Shown in pieces: positions 1 to 9,736 of a stretch of 64,000 nucleotides of DNA. The notes beneath the pieces were generated by a model. It did not search any database, was not told where the DNA came from, and worked only from the letters and a program-made list of their open reading frames with translations. Position 1 is the first letter of the stretch; the number at the start of each line of letters is the position of its first letter. The translations under genes and the position numbers were made by a program. The stretch is from the NCBI GenBank assembly GCA_011523285.1, contig WTHC01000025.1, positions 11,848 to 75,847 of the forward strand. The letters are read 5' to 3'. The stretch is from Nitrosopumilaceae archaeon. Lineage in GTDB: Archaea > Thermoproteota > Nitrososphaeria > Nitrososphaerales > Nitrosopumilaceae.

Positions 1-1556
1 TAGAGTCGTGGCACCCAGATATTGAGAAATTCGTAACAGCAAAAACGAAATCTGGAATATTAGAGAATTTTAACATTAGTGTTGGTATATGGGATGATTT
101 CTGGAAAGCTCTTGTTGATAAAGATGAACATAAATACATCTTAAGAAATACTCATAATAAAAAACCTGTACGTGAGATAGACGCTAATCATTTAATCGAT
201 CTGATTGCGCTTTCCGCTTGGAAAAGTGCGGAACCTGGACTGATATTTTTTGATATTATAAATAAATACAATGTTTTTGCTAAGGCGCGTGGAAAACCAT
301 TACGTGCTACAAACCCTTGTGGAGAACAAAGTCTTTATCCATACGAATCGTGCAACTTGGGCTCAATAAATTTATCGAATATTGTTAAAAGAAAAGCAGA
401 CGGAGAATATGAATTTGATTGGCAAAGATATGAAGAAATAATTAGAAAAACTACCGTATTTCTAGATAATATTATAGATGTAAATTATTATCCAATCAAA
501 GAAATAGATAAAGCATCTAAAGAATCACGACGAATAGGATTAGGTGTGATGGGAGTAGCTGATCTCTTATATAAATTACGTATACCATATAACTCTCACG
601 AAAGTTATGAATTTCAATCAAAATTGGCTGAGGCCCTAACCTATTACTCAATGGATGAAAGTATATCTCTAGCAATATCTAGAGGGCAATTCGACTTATA
701 TCAAAATACAGAATATCCTGATGGTAAAATACCTGTAGCTGCCTACTACGAAAAACCTAAATCCGAGCATTATTACGATTGGGATTCATTGATTTCTAAA
801 ATACAAAAACATGGCATAAGGAATGTATTGACAACTACAGTTGCACCAACAGGTACACTGTCTATGATAGCTGATTGTTCTAATGGTATTGAACCTACGT
901 TTGCACTAGTTTTTGAGAAAAGAGTTACTGTAGGAAGATTTTTTTATATTAATAAAATATTGGAACAAACTCTTAAAGAAAAAAAATTATATAACGAAGA
1001 ATTGCTGTCCAAAATTGCTGATAATTATGGTACATTAAATGGAATAGACGAGATACCAGAACAAATTAAAAAAATTTTTGTCACTGCAATGGATGTACAT
1101 TGGACAGATCATCTAATGGCACAATCTGTGTGGCAAGATTGGATTGGTAACGCAATAGCTAAAACAATTAACATGCCAAATGATGTATCTGTTGACGATG
1201 TAAAATCTTCTTATTTATTAGCACATGAAATTGGATTAAAAGGTATAACTGTGTATAGAGACGGCTCTCGCCATAAGCAAGTTTTACACATGAGTAAAAA
1301 TGCAGAGAAAAACTTCAAAACCACTCCAAGCAAATACACAATTAATTACATATTTAACAATATCAAAAACCACTATGTAAAAGATCAAATATGTAAAACG
1401 TTACATTTGCATGTTGATTTAGACACAAAACAGTCCTCCATCGATAGTGAAGATTCATCTCAATATACAAAATGTCCTTCCTGTAAAAACAATCTGGTTT
1501 TTATTGAAGGTTGTAGTATGTGTATAAATTGTGGTTATAGTGGATGTAGTTCTTAA
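1..1556 (+). CDS. nrdJ: Class II (adenosylcobalamin-dependent) ribonucleotide reductase, 5'-partial
   Basis: The frame is open from position 3 (ESWHPDIEKF...EPGLIFFD...ATNPCGEQ.LYPYESCNLGSINL), so the gene starts before the window and 357 is not the true start. It has the NPCGE active-site loop, TVAPTGT, KGITVYRDGSR and a C-terminal CxxC/CxxC/C tail. Confidence 0.95.
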   Translation, partial: ESWHPDIEKFVTAKTKSGILENFNISVGIWDDFWKALVDKDEHKYILRNTHNKKPVREIDANHLIDLIALSAWKSAEPGLIFFDIINKYNVFAKARGKPLRATNPCGEQSLYPYESCNLGSINLSNIVKRKADGEYEFDWQRYEEIIRKTTVFLDNIIDVNYYPIKEIDKASKESRRIGLGVMGVADLLYKLRIPYNSHESYEFQSKLAEALTYYSMDESISLAISRGQFDLYQNTEYPDGKIPVAAYYEKPKSEHYYDWDSLISKIQKHGIRNVLTTTVAPTGTLSMIADCSNGIEPTFALVFEKRVTVGRFFYINKILEQTLKEKKLYNEELLSKIADNYGTLNGIDEIPEQIKKIFVTAMDVHWTDHLMAQSVWQDWIGNAIAKTINMPNDVSVDDVKSSYLLAHEIGLKGITVYRDGSRHKQVLHMSKNAEKNFKTTPSKYTINYIFNNIKNHYVKDQICKTLHLHVDLDTKQSSIDSEDSSQYTKCPSCKNNLVFIEGCSMCINCGYSGCSS

Positions 1557-1699
1557 TTCATTTATAAGTATAATAAAAAATGATTTGATACTTATAATTG
1601 ATTTTGGTTAGATATGATCTATTTGCGCCTTGTAGCACACATAATTCACATTACAAACAAAAATCTACAGTTATAAAAAACAATATTATGTGTATAATA

Positions 1700-1772
1700 G
1701 CGGTTATAGTATAGTATGGTAGTATACTGGCCTTCCAAGCCAGTCGCCCGGGTTCAAATCCCGGTGGCCGCA
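1700..1772 (+). tRNA. tRNA-Gly (TCC)
   Basis: Cloverleaf folded by hand: acceptor GCGGTTA/TGGCCGC plus discriminator A, anticodon arm CTGGC-CT TCC AA-GCCAG, T arm CCGGG-TTCAAAT-CCCGG. A TTATAAA box lies at about 1671. Confidence 0.95.
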
Positions 1773-1804
1773 TAATTATATTGTGTACTACTGATTATAT
1801 AGTA

Positions 1805-2110
1805 TTGAAAAAAAATATTCAAAAACTTGCTATGGAACGTATAGAATTATTAATCAAATATGCAATATTGAATGTTAAATCAGATACCAAACTAGCCAAA
1901 CAATACATTATTAGAGCTAGGAATATCTGTATGAAATACAGGATAAAAATACCATATGAAATCACAATATTCTTTTGCAAAAAATGTAAGTGTTTCATAG
2001 CTCCATGTATTGATTCTAAAATTAGAATTGGAGGTTCACAAATAAAATCAGTTAGAATAACTTGTAATTTATGTGGTCATATTTATCATAAAATAATAGT
2101 ACCTAAATGA
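1805..2110 (+). CDS. rnp4: RNase P protein subunit Rpp21
   Basis: A.ERI..L N-terminus, FCKKC and TCNLCG zinc ribbon. The in-frame TTG at 1805 is preferred over 1781, which lies 8 nt from the tRNA end. Confidence 0.85.
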   Translation: MKKNIQKLAMERIELLIKYAILNVKSDTKLAKQYIIRARNICMKYRIKIPYEITIFFCKKCKCFIAPCIDSKIRIGGSQIKSVRITCNLCGHIYHKIIVPK

Positions 2111-2118
2111 TTTATAAG
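2111..2118 (+). promoter_or_regulatory. TATA box (TTTATAAG) for rps19e, probably a leaderless transcript
   Basis: Archaeal TATA consensus 22 nt upstream of ATG 2141. Confidence 0.5.
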
Positions 2119-2140
2119 CTGATTACATTTATTTTAAGTA

Positions 2141-2593
2141 ATGGTGAAAGTTTATGACGTTCCTGCTGATCTATTGATAGATAAATTATCTAGTATCTTA
2201 AAAGAAGAAGAAATATTATTACCTAAATGGGTGCCTTTTGTAAAAACTAGTTCTCATAAAAAAAGACCACCACATGAAAATAATTGGTGGTATACACGAT
2301 GCGCATCAATTTTACGTAAAATTTATCTATACGGTCCAATTAGTATCAACGATTTACGTAGTATATATGGTGGTAATAGAGCTATCAGGTACAGCACATC
2401 TAACCATAAAGATGCTAGCGGTTCAATTATTAGAATTATAGTATATAATCTTGAAAAACTAGAATATGTAAGAAAAACTAAACGTGGAAGAATGATTTCT
2501 AGCTCCGGCATGAAGAAACTGGATAGATTATCTGCAAATATTCTTAACCAACTTTGTGAAACAAACCCATCACTTAAAATATATACCAAGTAA
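2141..2593 (+). CDS. rps19e: 30S ribosomal protein S19e
   Basis: VYDVPAD, P.W..FVKT, WWYTRCASILRKIY and SGSIIR motifs. Confidence 0.95.
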   Translation: MVKVYDVPADLLIDKLSSILKEEEILLPKWVPFVKTSSHKKRPPHENNWWYTRCASILRKIYLYGPISINDLRSIYGGNRAIRYSTSNHKDASGSIIRIIVYNLEKLEYVRKTKRGRMISSSGMKKLDRLSANILNQLCETNPSLKIYTK

Positions 2594-2596
2594 AAA

Positions 2597-2875
2597 ATGA
2601 ACTATACTAACAAAGACGAAATAGATTCAACAGATCGAGATTCAGAAAATTCACAAAAAGAACAATTACTTAAACAGATACTATCTTCTGAAGCGAGATT
2701 TAGACTAAATAATATTAAAATGGTGAAACCTGAACTAGCTAAGATGGTGGAGAATTATCTTATTAATGTAGTATCTCAAGGTAAAGTAAACTATCAAATA
2801 TCAGATGAACAACTTAAACAATTACTGCGATCTGTGCAACAACCAAAACGTGATTTTAAAATTAATAGAATTTAA
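2597..2875 (+). CDS. PDCD5-family DNA-binding protein
   Basis: ILSSEARFRLNNIKMVKPELAKMVENYLI...ISDEQLKQLL signature; usual position after rps19e. Confidence 0.9.
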   Translation: MNYTNKDEIDSTDRDSENSQKEQLLKQILSSEARFRLNNIKMVKPELAKMVENYLINVVSQGKVNYQISDEQLKQLLRSVQQPKRDFKINRI

Positions 2876-2914
2876 TTCATCAAAATATATTTAGGTAAAA
2901 AATATACCCTAGTT

Positions 2915-3988
2915 ATGAAAGCAGTAGTTTATGAAGAATACGCTAAAAACGATGATTTTAAAAGCATCTTGCAAATCCAAGATCTAGAAGAACCCAAACC
3001 AAAACCTACAGAAGTAGTATTTACGGTTGAAGCAGCTGCACTAAATTACAATGATATTTGGGGCATGCGTGGTTCACCTGTACCTGTACCATTGCCACAT
3101 ATTTCTGGATCTGATGCTGCTGGCAAAGTGATTGCTGTGGGTGATCAAGTGTCTAGAATCAAAGTTGGTGATAGAATAGTTTCTCATACTAATATGTCAT
3201 GTAGAGTATGTTCTGCTTGTACAGACGGACGTGAATATGATTGTACTAACCGTACAATTTGGGGTTTTCAAACGGGACCACTTTGGGGTGCTTATGCAGA
3301 AGTCGCTCATTTGCCAGAAGTTAATGTAGTGAAAATACCCGATACTATAAGCTATGATGACGCAGCAGCTGCATCAATGACAATACTAACAGCTTGGCAT
3401 ATGTTGGTTGGTAGAGCAAAAATAACACCAGGACAAACCGTTTTAATTATGGGGGGAGGTTCTGGAGTAGGAACCTTTGGAATTCAAATAGCTAAACTAT
3501 ATAACTGTACGGTTATAGCAACTGCAAGCCCAGATAAACTAGATAAATGTATACGACTAGGAGCTGATTATGCAGTAGATCATAGGCAAGAAAATTGGCA
3601 TAAAGAAGTTAGATCAATAACCAAAGAAATCGCTAAAAAAACACACACAACACCTGGAATAGATCTATCATTTGATCATATAGGACAAACTCATTGGAAT
3701 AAGCAACTGACATTATTGAAATATGGTGCCACATTAGTATCTTGTGGAGCGACAACTGGATATGATGCACAAACAGATCTAAGGCATATATTCTTCAAAG
3801 GCACCAACATATTGGGATCTACACAAGGCACTAAAGCTGAGCTTGAACAGGGATTATATTGGATGGGTCGTGGAAAAATTAAATCCGCCATAGATTCTGT
3901 ATTTTCATTCGAAAATGCTGCTGACGCCCACACCAAAATGCTCACAGGCAAAGGTATGTTTGGAAAAATACTATTAAAACCAAACTAA
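2915..3988 (+). CDS. Medium-chain dehydrogenase/reductase (enoyl-reductase-like); candidate acryloyl-CoA reductase
   Basis: GroES-like plus Rossmann domains (GGGSGVG) with a structural Zn site CRVCSAC...C. Catalytic Zn ligands are replaced (LNYND, GSD). The specific function is inference. Confidence 0.8.
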   Translation: MKAVVYEEYAKNDDFKSILQIQDLEEPKPKPTEVVFTVEAAALNYNDIWGMRGSPVPVPLPHISGSDAAGKVIAVGDQVSRIKVGDRIVSHTNMSCRVCSACTDGREYDCTNRTIWGFQTGPLWGAYAEVAHLPEVNVVKIPDTISYDDAAAASMTILTAWHMLVGRAKITPGQTVLIMGGGSGVGTFGIQIAKLYNCTVIATASPDKLDKCIRLGADYAVDHRQENWHKEVRSITKEIAKKTHTTPGIDLSFDHIGQTHWNKQLTLLKYGATLVSCGATTGYDAQTDLRHIFFKGTNILGSTQGTKAELEQGLYWMGRGKIKSAIDSVFSFENAADAHTKMLTGKGMFGKILLKPN

Positions 3989-3996
3989 TTTTTTTT
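3989..3996 (+). terminator. Oligo-T (T8) archaeal terminator-like tract
   Basis: T8 directly follows the TAA of the MDR gene. Confidence 0.4.
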
Positions 3997-3998
3997 AT

Positions 3999-4847
3999 AT
4001 GACGGTTTTACGTAGTTTACTTTTTGTCCCTGGAAATAACAGTCGGTTTATTGGTAAAGCCAAATCACTGAAGTCAGATATACTCTGTTTCGATCTAGAA
4101 GACTCTGTGCCTCAAAACCAAAAACAAACAGCGAGAGAATTTATACATAATGAGCTACAGGAAACTAGCAAATATCAACAACAAATATACGTCAGAATAA
4201 ATTCTCCCAAATCTGATTACCTGAATGACGATCTGTTAGTAATAACTAAATGTAAAATAAATGGTATTGTCATACCTAAAGTAAGTACTGTTGAAGAATT
4301 AAAAATGATCGAAAACAAATTATCTAATTTGGAAATTCGAAATAAATTTAATCATATTAAAATTATCCCTTCCATAGAATCCGCACAAGGTGTTATAAAT
4401 TCATATGATATAGCATCATGTTCAAATCATGTATACGCATTAATATTTGGAATATTTGATTTACTCCATGATTTAGGAATTAGATATAATAAAACATTGG
4501 CTGCTACAAACTTTGCACGTGCTAAGATACCAATAGACGCCAAAGCTGCAGGTATATTTGCAATAGATTCTATATGGCAAAATCTTAAAGATACAAATGG
4601 TTTATTCAATGATTGTGTTGTTGGTAGAGATCTTGGTTATTCTGGAAAAAGTATAATTCATCCTGATCAACTAAAAATAACTCATGATGTATTCAAACCT
4701 AATGATGATGAAATCGAATGGGCACATATGGTATGTAATACATATTCTAAAGCAATCAAACATGGTATTGGTTCTACCAAATTAAAAGATAACATGATTG
4801 ATGAAGTCCATTATAAAATGGCTAAATCTCTATTAGAAAATAAGTAA
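3999..4847 (+). CDS. CitE/HpcH-HpaI family CoA-ester lyase (citrate lyase beta-like)
   Basis: RSLLFVPG, DLEDSVP, YVRIN, IES..G, GYSGKSIIHPDQ and MIDEVH motifs. Confidence 0.9.
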   Translation: MTVLRSLLFVPGNNSRFIGKAKSLKSDILCFDLEDSVPQNQKQTAREFIHNELQETSKYQQQIYVRINSPKSDYLNDDLLVITKCKINGIVIPKVSTVEELKMIENKLSNLEIRNKFNHIKIIPSIESAQGVINSYDIASCSNHVYALIFGIFDLLHDLGIRYNKTLAATNFARAKIPIDAKAAGIFAIDSIWQNLKDTNGLFNDCVVGRDLGYSGKSIIHPDQLKITHDVFKPNDDEIEWAHMVCNTYSKAIKHGIGSTKLKDNMIDEVHYKMAKSLLENK

Positions 4848-4882
4848 ATTATAAATACATTTTATAATTGAAATAGAATAAA

Positions 4883-5491
4883 TTGTTTACTGGTATAATT
4901 GAAGGTACTGCTACTGTATCATCAATACAACAATATGATTCTAATGCAACAAAATTAAAAATGGATATGATAAATTACTCATCGAATATGAATATCGGTC
5001 AAAGTGTTTCACTCAATGGCGCTTGTTTATCGATCACAAATATTATTAAAAATAGATATCATGAATTCGAATTAACCAAAGAAACAATTTCTAGAACCAC
5101 ATTTGCAAATATCAAAACTGGTGATAAAATAAATGTTGAACGTAGTCTTAAAATTGGTGATAGATTAGATGGTCATTTTGTATTGGGACATGTAGACTGC
5201 GTTTCAAAAGTATTAAAACTACAAAAAATGCAATCTGAAACCAAAATTTGGTTTGATATCCCGCAACAACTTCGTAAATATATAGTTAGTAAAGGTTCTA
5301 TAGCGATAGATGGAGTTAGTTTAACTATTGTAGATGATCTTGTAAATGAGTTTAGTGTTTGTATAATACCACAAACATTACTCAATACAAATTTTAATAC
5401 CAAAACCATAGGTGATGAAGTTAATGTAGAGATCGATATACTTGCAAAACATATTCATAAAAATAATAACTTGTTTACTGGTAATTACTAA
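4883..5491 (+). CDS. ribE: Riboflavin synthase, bacterial-type alpha chain
   Basis: MFTGIIE N-terminus, NGACLS, NVERSL, GHFVLGHVD, KGSIAIDGVSLT; TTG start. Confidence 0.95.
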   Translation: MFTGIIEGTATVSSIQQYDSNATKLKMDMINYSSNMNIGQSVSLNGACLSITNIIKNRYHEFELTKETISRTTFANIKTGDKINVERSLKIGDRLDGHFVLGHVDCVSKVLKLQKMQSETKIWFDIPQQLRKYIVSKGSIAIDGVSLTIVDDLVNEFSVCIIPQTLLNTNFNTKTIGDEVNVEIDILAKHIHKNNNLFTGNY

Positions 5492-5534
5492 TTTTCTTGT
5501 AAGGTTAATATTGCGTTGTTGTTAAACAAATATT

Positions 5535-6203
5535 GTGACTTTAAATAATACAATAGAGCATTTCCAACGCGGAGAATTTGTTTTAATACATGATGATAAT
5601 GATAGAGAAAATGAAATCGACATGGTGACTGCAGCAGAATTCATTACACCTGAACATATTGTGAGATTACGACAACATGCTGGAGGTTTAATATGTCTTG
5701 CAATAGATTATGCTTTTAGTAAAAAACTAGGAATAGATTACATGCATAATATACTCAATGATTGTCATAATCTTAACATCAAAAAAATGATTTCTGGACT
5801 TGAACCGTATGGTGACAAATCTTCATTCTCTATTTCAATTAATCATAGACAAACATATACTGGAGTAACAGATGTTGATAGAGCTACTACAATCAAAGAA
5901 ATGTCTAATCTATACAAATCAGATTATCCAAAGAAAAATTTTATAAATTCATTTAAGACGCCTGGACATATACCTCTATTACTGGCTTCTGAAGGCCTAC
6001 TTGAAAATAGAAAAGGTCATACCGAGATGTCCATTCTGCTAGCTAAATTGGCTAATGTAGTACCAATTACTGTTATTTGTGAGATGTTGGATTCTAAAAC
6101 ATATTCAGCTTTGTCTACAGCTAATGCAGAAAAATATTCAAAACAAAATTCAATACCATTAATTCATAGCAATGAATTATTGGAATATTCTAACGTGTAT
6201 TGA
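5535..6203 (+). CDS. ribB: 3,4-dihydroxy-2-butanone 4-phosphate synthase
   Basis: DDNDRENEIDM, GGLICLA, TGVTDVDR, PGHI, RKGHTE and ICEML motifs. Confidence 0.95.
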   Translation: MTLNNTIEHFQRGEFVLIHDDNDRENEIDMVTAAEFITPEHIVRLRQHAGGLICLAIDYAFSKKLGIDYMHNILNDCHNLNIKKMISGLEPYGDKSSFSISINHRQTYTGVTDVDRATTIKEMSNLYKSDYPKKNFINSFKTPGHIPLLLASEGLLENRKGHTEMSILLAKLANVVPITVICEMLDSKTYSALSTANAEKYSKQNSIPLIHSNELLEYSNVY

Positions 6204-6206
6204 ATA

Positions 6207-6620
6207 ATGAACATCGCAATAGTGGTATCTGATTTTAATTATAACATAACTTCTAAAATGCTTCAAATCGCATTAGAAAAAACTAAACGGATGAAAATTA
6301 CGGTAACACATACTTGTAAAGTACATGGTGTATTTGATATGCCGATCATAGTAGAAGCATTATTAAATAAAAATGATGTTGACGCTGTAGTAACTTTAGG
6401 AGCAATCATAAAAGGCCAAACAAAACACGATGAAGTTATAGCTTATACTGTATTACATTCACTGTCTCAATTATCACTAAAATATAAAAAACCAGTGTCT
6501 CTTGGTATCAGCGGACCAGGTATGCATGAAAGAATAGCTTATTCTAGAATACGCAGAATGCCTGAAAATGCTATCGATGCAGCTTCTAAATCATTACTTG
6601 AATTAGCAAAATTAAAATAA
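6207..6620 (+). CDS. ribH: 6,7-dimethyl-8-ribityllumazine synthase
   Basis: IAIVVSDFN, V.GVFDMP, LGAIIKGQTKHD and KPVSLGISGPG motifs. Confidence 0.95.
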   Translation: MNIAIVVSDFNYNITSKMLQIALEKTKRMKITVTHTCKVHGVFDMPIIVEALLNKNDVDAVVTLGAIIKGQTKHDEVIAYTVLHSLSQLSLKYKKPVSLGISGPGMHERIAYSRIRRMPENAIDAASKSLLELAKLK

Positions 6621-7370
6621 TTGATTCAAATCACAGTTATAAAATTATCAGATTATGGGAAATGGACATTGACATTAGGTCAAGATAGAGAACATGAATT
6701 ACAAATGTTTCAAGCTTCTTTATATAAAGAAACACAAAAACTGTTTTCTGAAAGAAATTCACTTGTTTTTTCAAACAGATTTGATGAATTATTCGCAGTA
6801 ACAAACAAATTAAATTTGAATGAACATCTGTACATACAAAAAAAATTGAGAACTATATTTAATAACCCACTGTCAATGTTCATAGGTTATGGTGAAACTC
6901 CATTTGATGCAAATGCACATGCGTTTGAAGGAGAGAAATCACGCACAATACTGAATCAGGACTACATGATATATGGATTCATAAATGATACTAATAATAA
7001 TGATAATGTTGTTATTATTCATTTTGATGTTGAAGACTTTACTTCGTTAAAAAAGAAACAGACCCCATACGAAACGTCATCAATAATATTTGATTTATAT
7101 CATACTATGTCGAGATTTTTTCTGCAACAAAAATCATTATCATTTTTTCTTGGAGGAGATAATTTTATGGTATTATCACATAATAATTATAAAAAACAAA
7201 CATCTGAATTTATAAATATTATACATAAAAAATATGGGTTGATTTTAAATTGTGGCGTTGGTAAAGGATCCACAGCTCGAGAAGCGGCTAAATACGCAAC
7301 AAAATCATTAGATACAATTCGTGCCATTAGAAATTCTGGCGAAAAAAAACCATCAATTTATGAGCTTTGA
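6621..7370 (+). CDS. gch3: GTP cyclohydrolase III (ArfA)
   Basis: YGKWTLTLG.DREH.LQ..QA.LY, RFDE and FLGGDNFM motifs; located in the rib operon. Confidence 0.9.
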   Translation: MIQITVIKLSDYGKWTLTLGQDREHELQMFQASLYKETQKLFSERNSLVFSNRFDELFAVTNKLNLNEHLYIQKKLRTIFNNPLSMFIGYGETPFDANAHAFEGEKSRTILNQDYMIYGFINDTNNNDNVVIIHFDVEDFTSLKKKQTPYETSSIIFDLYHTMSRFFLQQKSLSFFLGGDNFMVLSHNNYKKQTSEFINIIHKKYGLILNCGVGKGSTAREAAKYATKSLDTIRAIRNSGEKKPSIYEL

Positions 7371-8557
7371 TTCTTAAAAATATTGGAATATTTCACGGTA
7401 ATGATTTAGACTACATCAATTCTACTAATTTAAAAATTTCAGGTCAACATTTTGATGAAATAAATAATAATGACATATTATCAAATAATAATGAATCTAC
7501 TATTGATTGTGAAGGGCTAGTACTGGTACCAGGATTTATTAATGCTCATACTCATATTGGTGATTCTATAGCTAAAGACATAAATCTATCTTTGACTGTC
7601 AATGAAAAAGTCAATCCGATTTATGGAATGAAAAAATATATCTTGAATAACTCATCGCCATCACATTTAGCAAGTTATATGCGTAGCTCATGTAACTCAA
7701 TGCTTAAAAAAGGTATAACCACATTTGTAGATTTTAGAGAAGGTGGCATAGATGGAATAATTTTACTAAACAAAGTATTAAAATCTGTACCAATCAATTG
7801 TATTGTTCTTGGCCGTATAGAATATTATCAAACTGGTGCACAAATTAAAAACAACGAATTTCTTTCTCATGAACAAAATCATGATTTATCTATAATCTCT
7901 AAACATGCTGACGGTTTAGGCATAAGTGGAGCAAATGAATATAGCGATTCTATTCTTCATTGCTTTTCTCAAATACCTAAAATTAGAGCTATACACTCTG
8001 CAGAAACTATGGCTAGTGTAGAAAAATCTAAACAAGTTACGAATAAATCCGAAATAGAACGTGCTTTGCAATTAAAACCACATTTCATCATACATATGAC
8101 TTATGCATCTGAACATGATTTACTTGTAACACGTAAATATGTAGATACAATAGTTATATGTCCTCGTTCCAACGCTACTATGGCAGAAAAAATTCCGAAT
8201 GTATATCAGATGATGAAATTGAGATATAATATTGCAATTGGCACTGATAATGTTATGCTAAATACACCAGACATGTTTAGGGAAATGGATTATCTATGGA
8301 AATCTACCATGGCTATAAACAGAACCAAAATATCTCCCAAACATATTTTAAAAATGGCTACTGTAAACCCTGGAAAAATACTACATAATAAAGGTACAAT
8401 AAAGACTGGGGCAATTGCTGACTGTATATTTATTAAAAAACATGACATAGATTTAGATCCTATTCATGACCCTCACGCTGCAATGGTCCATAGAGCATCA
8501 GAATCTTCTATTCAAGCTGTTATGATAGATGGTAAAATAGTACATGGTAAAATCTAA
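7367..8557 (+). CDS. Metal-dependent amidohydrolase, deaminase-type
   Basis: PGFINAHTH, HSAE, IHMT, CPRSN and GTDN motifs; overlaps both neighbouring genes. Confidence 0.85.
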   Translation: MILKNIGIFHGNDLDYINSTNLKISGQHFDEINNNDILSNNNESTIDCEGLVLVPGFINAHTHIGDSIAKDINLSLTVNEKVNPIYGMKKYILNNSSPSHLASYMRSSCNSMLKKGITTFVDFREGGIDGIILLNKVLKSVPINCIVLGRIEYYQTGAQIKNNEFLSHEQNHDLSIISKHADGLGISGANEYSDSILHCFSQIPKIRAIHSAETMASVEKSKQVTNKSEIERALQLKPHFIIHMTYASEHDLLVTRKYVDTIVICPRSNATMAEKIPNVYQMMKLRYNIAIGTDNVMLNTPDMFREMDYLWKSTMAINRTKISPKHILKMATVNPGKILHNKGTIKTGAIADCIFIKKHDIDLDPIHDPHAAMVHRASESSIQAVMIDGKIVHGKI

Positions 8558-9221
8558 ACCGTATATTATTTTAAGTGCTGCAATTACACTTGATGGTAAA
8601 ATAGCTACCAAATGCGGAGACGCCAAAATTTCTAGCCATAAAGATAAAATCCGTCTTCATAACCTTAGGACAACCGTTGATGGAATATTAATTGGCATTA
8701 ATACTGTAAAACAAGATGATCCTCTTCTAACTATAAGATATGCAAAATGTGGTCATAAACATCCTGTTCGTATAATACTAGATTCAAATGGTATTATAGA
8801 TCATAATACCAAAATATTAAAAACATCTACAAAATTTAAAACGATAATCGTCGTATCTGAGAAAATACCGCAACGAAATCTTAACAGATTAAAAAATTAT
8901 TTAAATGTGGATATAATAATGTCTGGGAAAAAAACTGTTGATATAAAACAATTATTACGACATTTATTAACAAAATATTCGATGCAAAGAATACTTGTTG
9001 AAGGTGGAAGTAAAGTTAATTGGAGTTTTATTAATCAAAACCTTTTTGATGAATTAATAATAACCGTATCCCCATACCTGGTAGGCGGAACAAGATCTAT
9101 ACCATTTTTATCAGGAACTGGCTTTCCTAATATTGCAGATTCTCCCACATTGAAATTGAAATCTATAACACGTTTAGAAGATGAAGTTGTTCTTAATTAT
9201 GTTCGTCCATGTCATTTTTAA
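8544..9221 (+). CDS. arfC: 2,5-diamino-6-ribosylamino-4(3H)-pyrimidinone 5'-phosphate reductase (RibD C-domain only)
   Basis: AAITLDGKIA, GILIGINTV..DDP.LT.R and ILVEGGS motifs; no N-terminal deaminase domain. Confidence 0.92.
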   Translation: MVKSKPYIILSAAITLDGKIATKCGDAKISSHKDKIRLHNLRTTVDGILIGINTVKQDDPLLTIRYAKCGHKHPVRIILDSNGIIDHNTKILKTSTKFKTIIVVSEKIPQRNLNRLKNYLNVDIIMSGKKTVDIKQLLRHLLTKYSMQRILVEGGSKVNWSFINQNLFDELIITVSPYLVGGTRSIPFLSGTGFPNIADSPTLKLKSITRLEDEVVLNYVRPCHF

Positions 9222-9708
9222 TTTGTTCTATTTTTTGATTCAGTGCATTTTTGATTTTATCATTTCGTTTTAAATTCAAGACATTACTACATGTAGCACA
9301 TTTAAAGAAACATTCTAAAGCTTCATCAAATGTGATCCTTCTACAATCTTCATTTCCACAATGATAGAATTCATATTTATTTTCATATTCTAATCTTTGT
9401 TCTAACCTTTTGAATATCTTTTTTTTCTGACTTAAAATAAAATGTTCAACTTCTTCTGCGCGTGTACGCCATCTATAAACAAACCAGCCTTTTCTTTCAT
9501 CTTTTATTCTAGTTCCTGTGATTAAAGCCTTTCCAAACAGATCATATAATACACGTCTCACCATATTTATTCTTAATCCAGTTGAACTAGCAATTTCTTC
9601 GTCTGTAGCATCTTCAGATCGTAGAAGAGATCTAGCAACTTTTAGATATTCATCGCCACCTATCATTGATGCAATTCTTATAAATGGATCTTCTCGTTTT
9701 TCTACCAT
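9193..9708 (-). CDS. tfe: Transcription initiation factor E alpha (TFE)
   Basis: Winged helix TDEEIA..TGL..N.VRR.LY.L, GWFVYRW and Cys zinc ribbon F.C..C. Confidence 0.93.
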   Translation of the reverse strand: MVEKREDPFIRIASMIGGDEYLKVARSLLRSEDATDEEIASSTGLRINMVRRVLYDLFGKALITGTRIKDERKGWFVYRWRTRAEEVEHFILSQKKKIFKRLEQRLEYENKYEFYHCGNEDCRRITFDEALECFFKCATCSNVLNLKRNDKIKNALNQKIEQIKNDMDEHN

Positions 9709-9736
9709 GATTATAATATATTTTTGATTATGTTAT

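Noticed and set aside
357..1556. ORF-track start of the RNR at 357
   Set aside because: The frame is open from the window start and the catalytic NPCGE motif lies upstream of 357, so the gene is 5'-truncated by the window. No intein is visible in this part.
1557..1699. Possible small ORF or sRNA between nrdJ and tRNA-Gly
   Set aside because: Only very short frames are present, and I could not support any stem or C/D box pair. Part of the region is the tRNA promoter.
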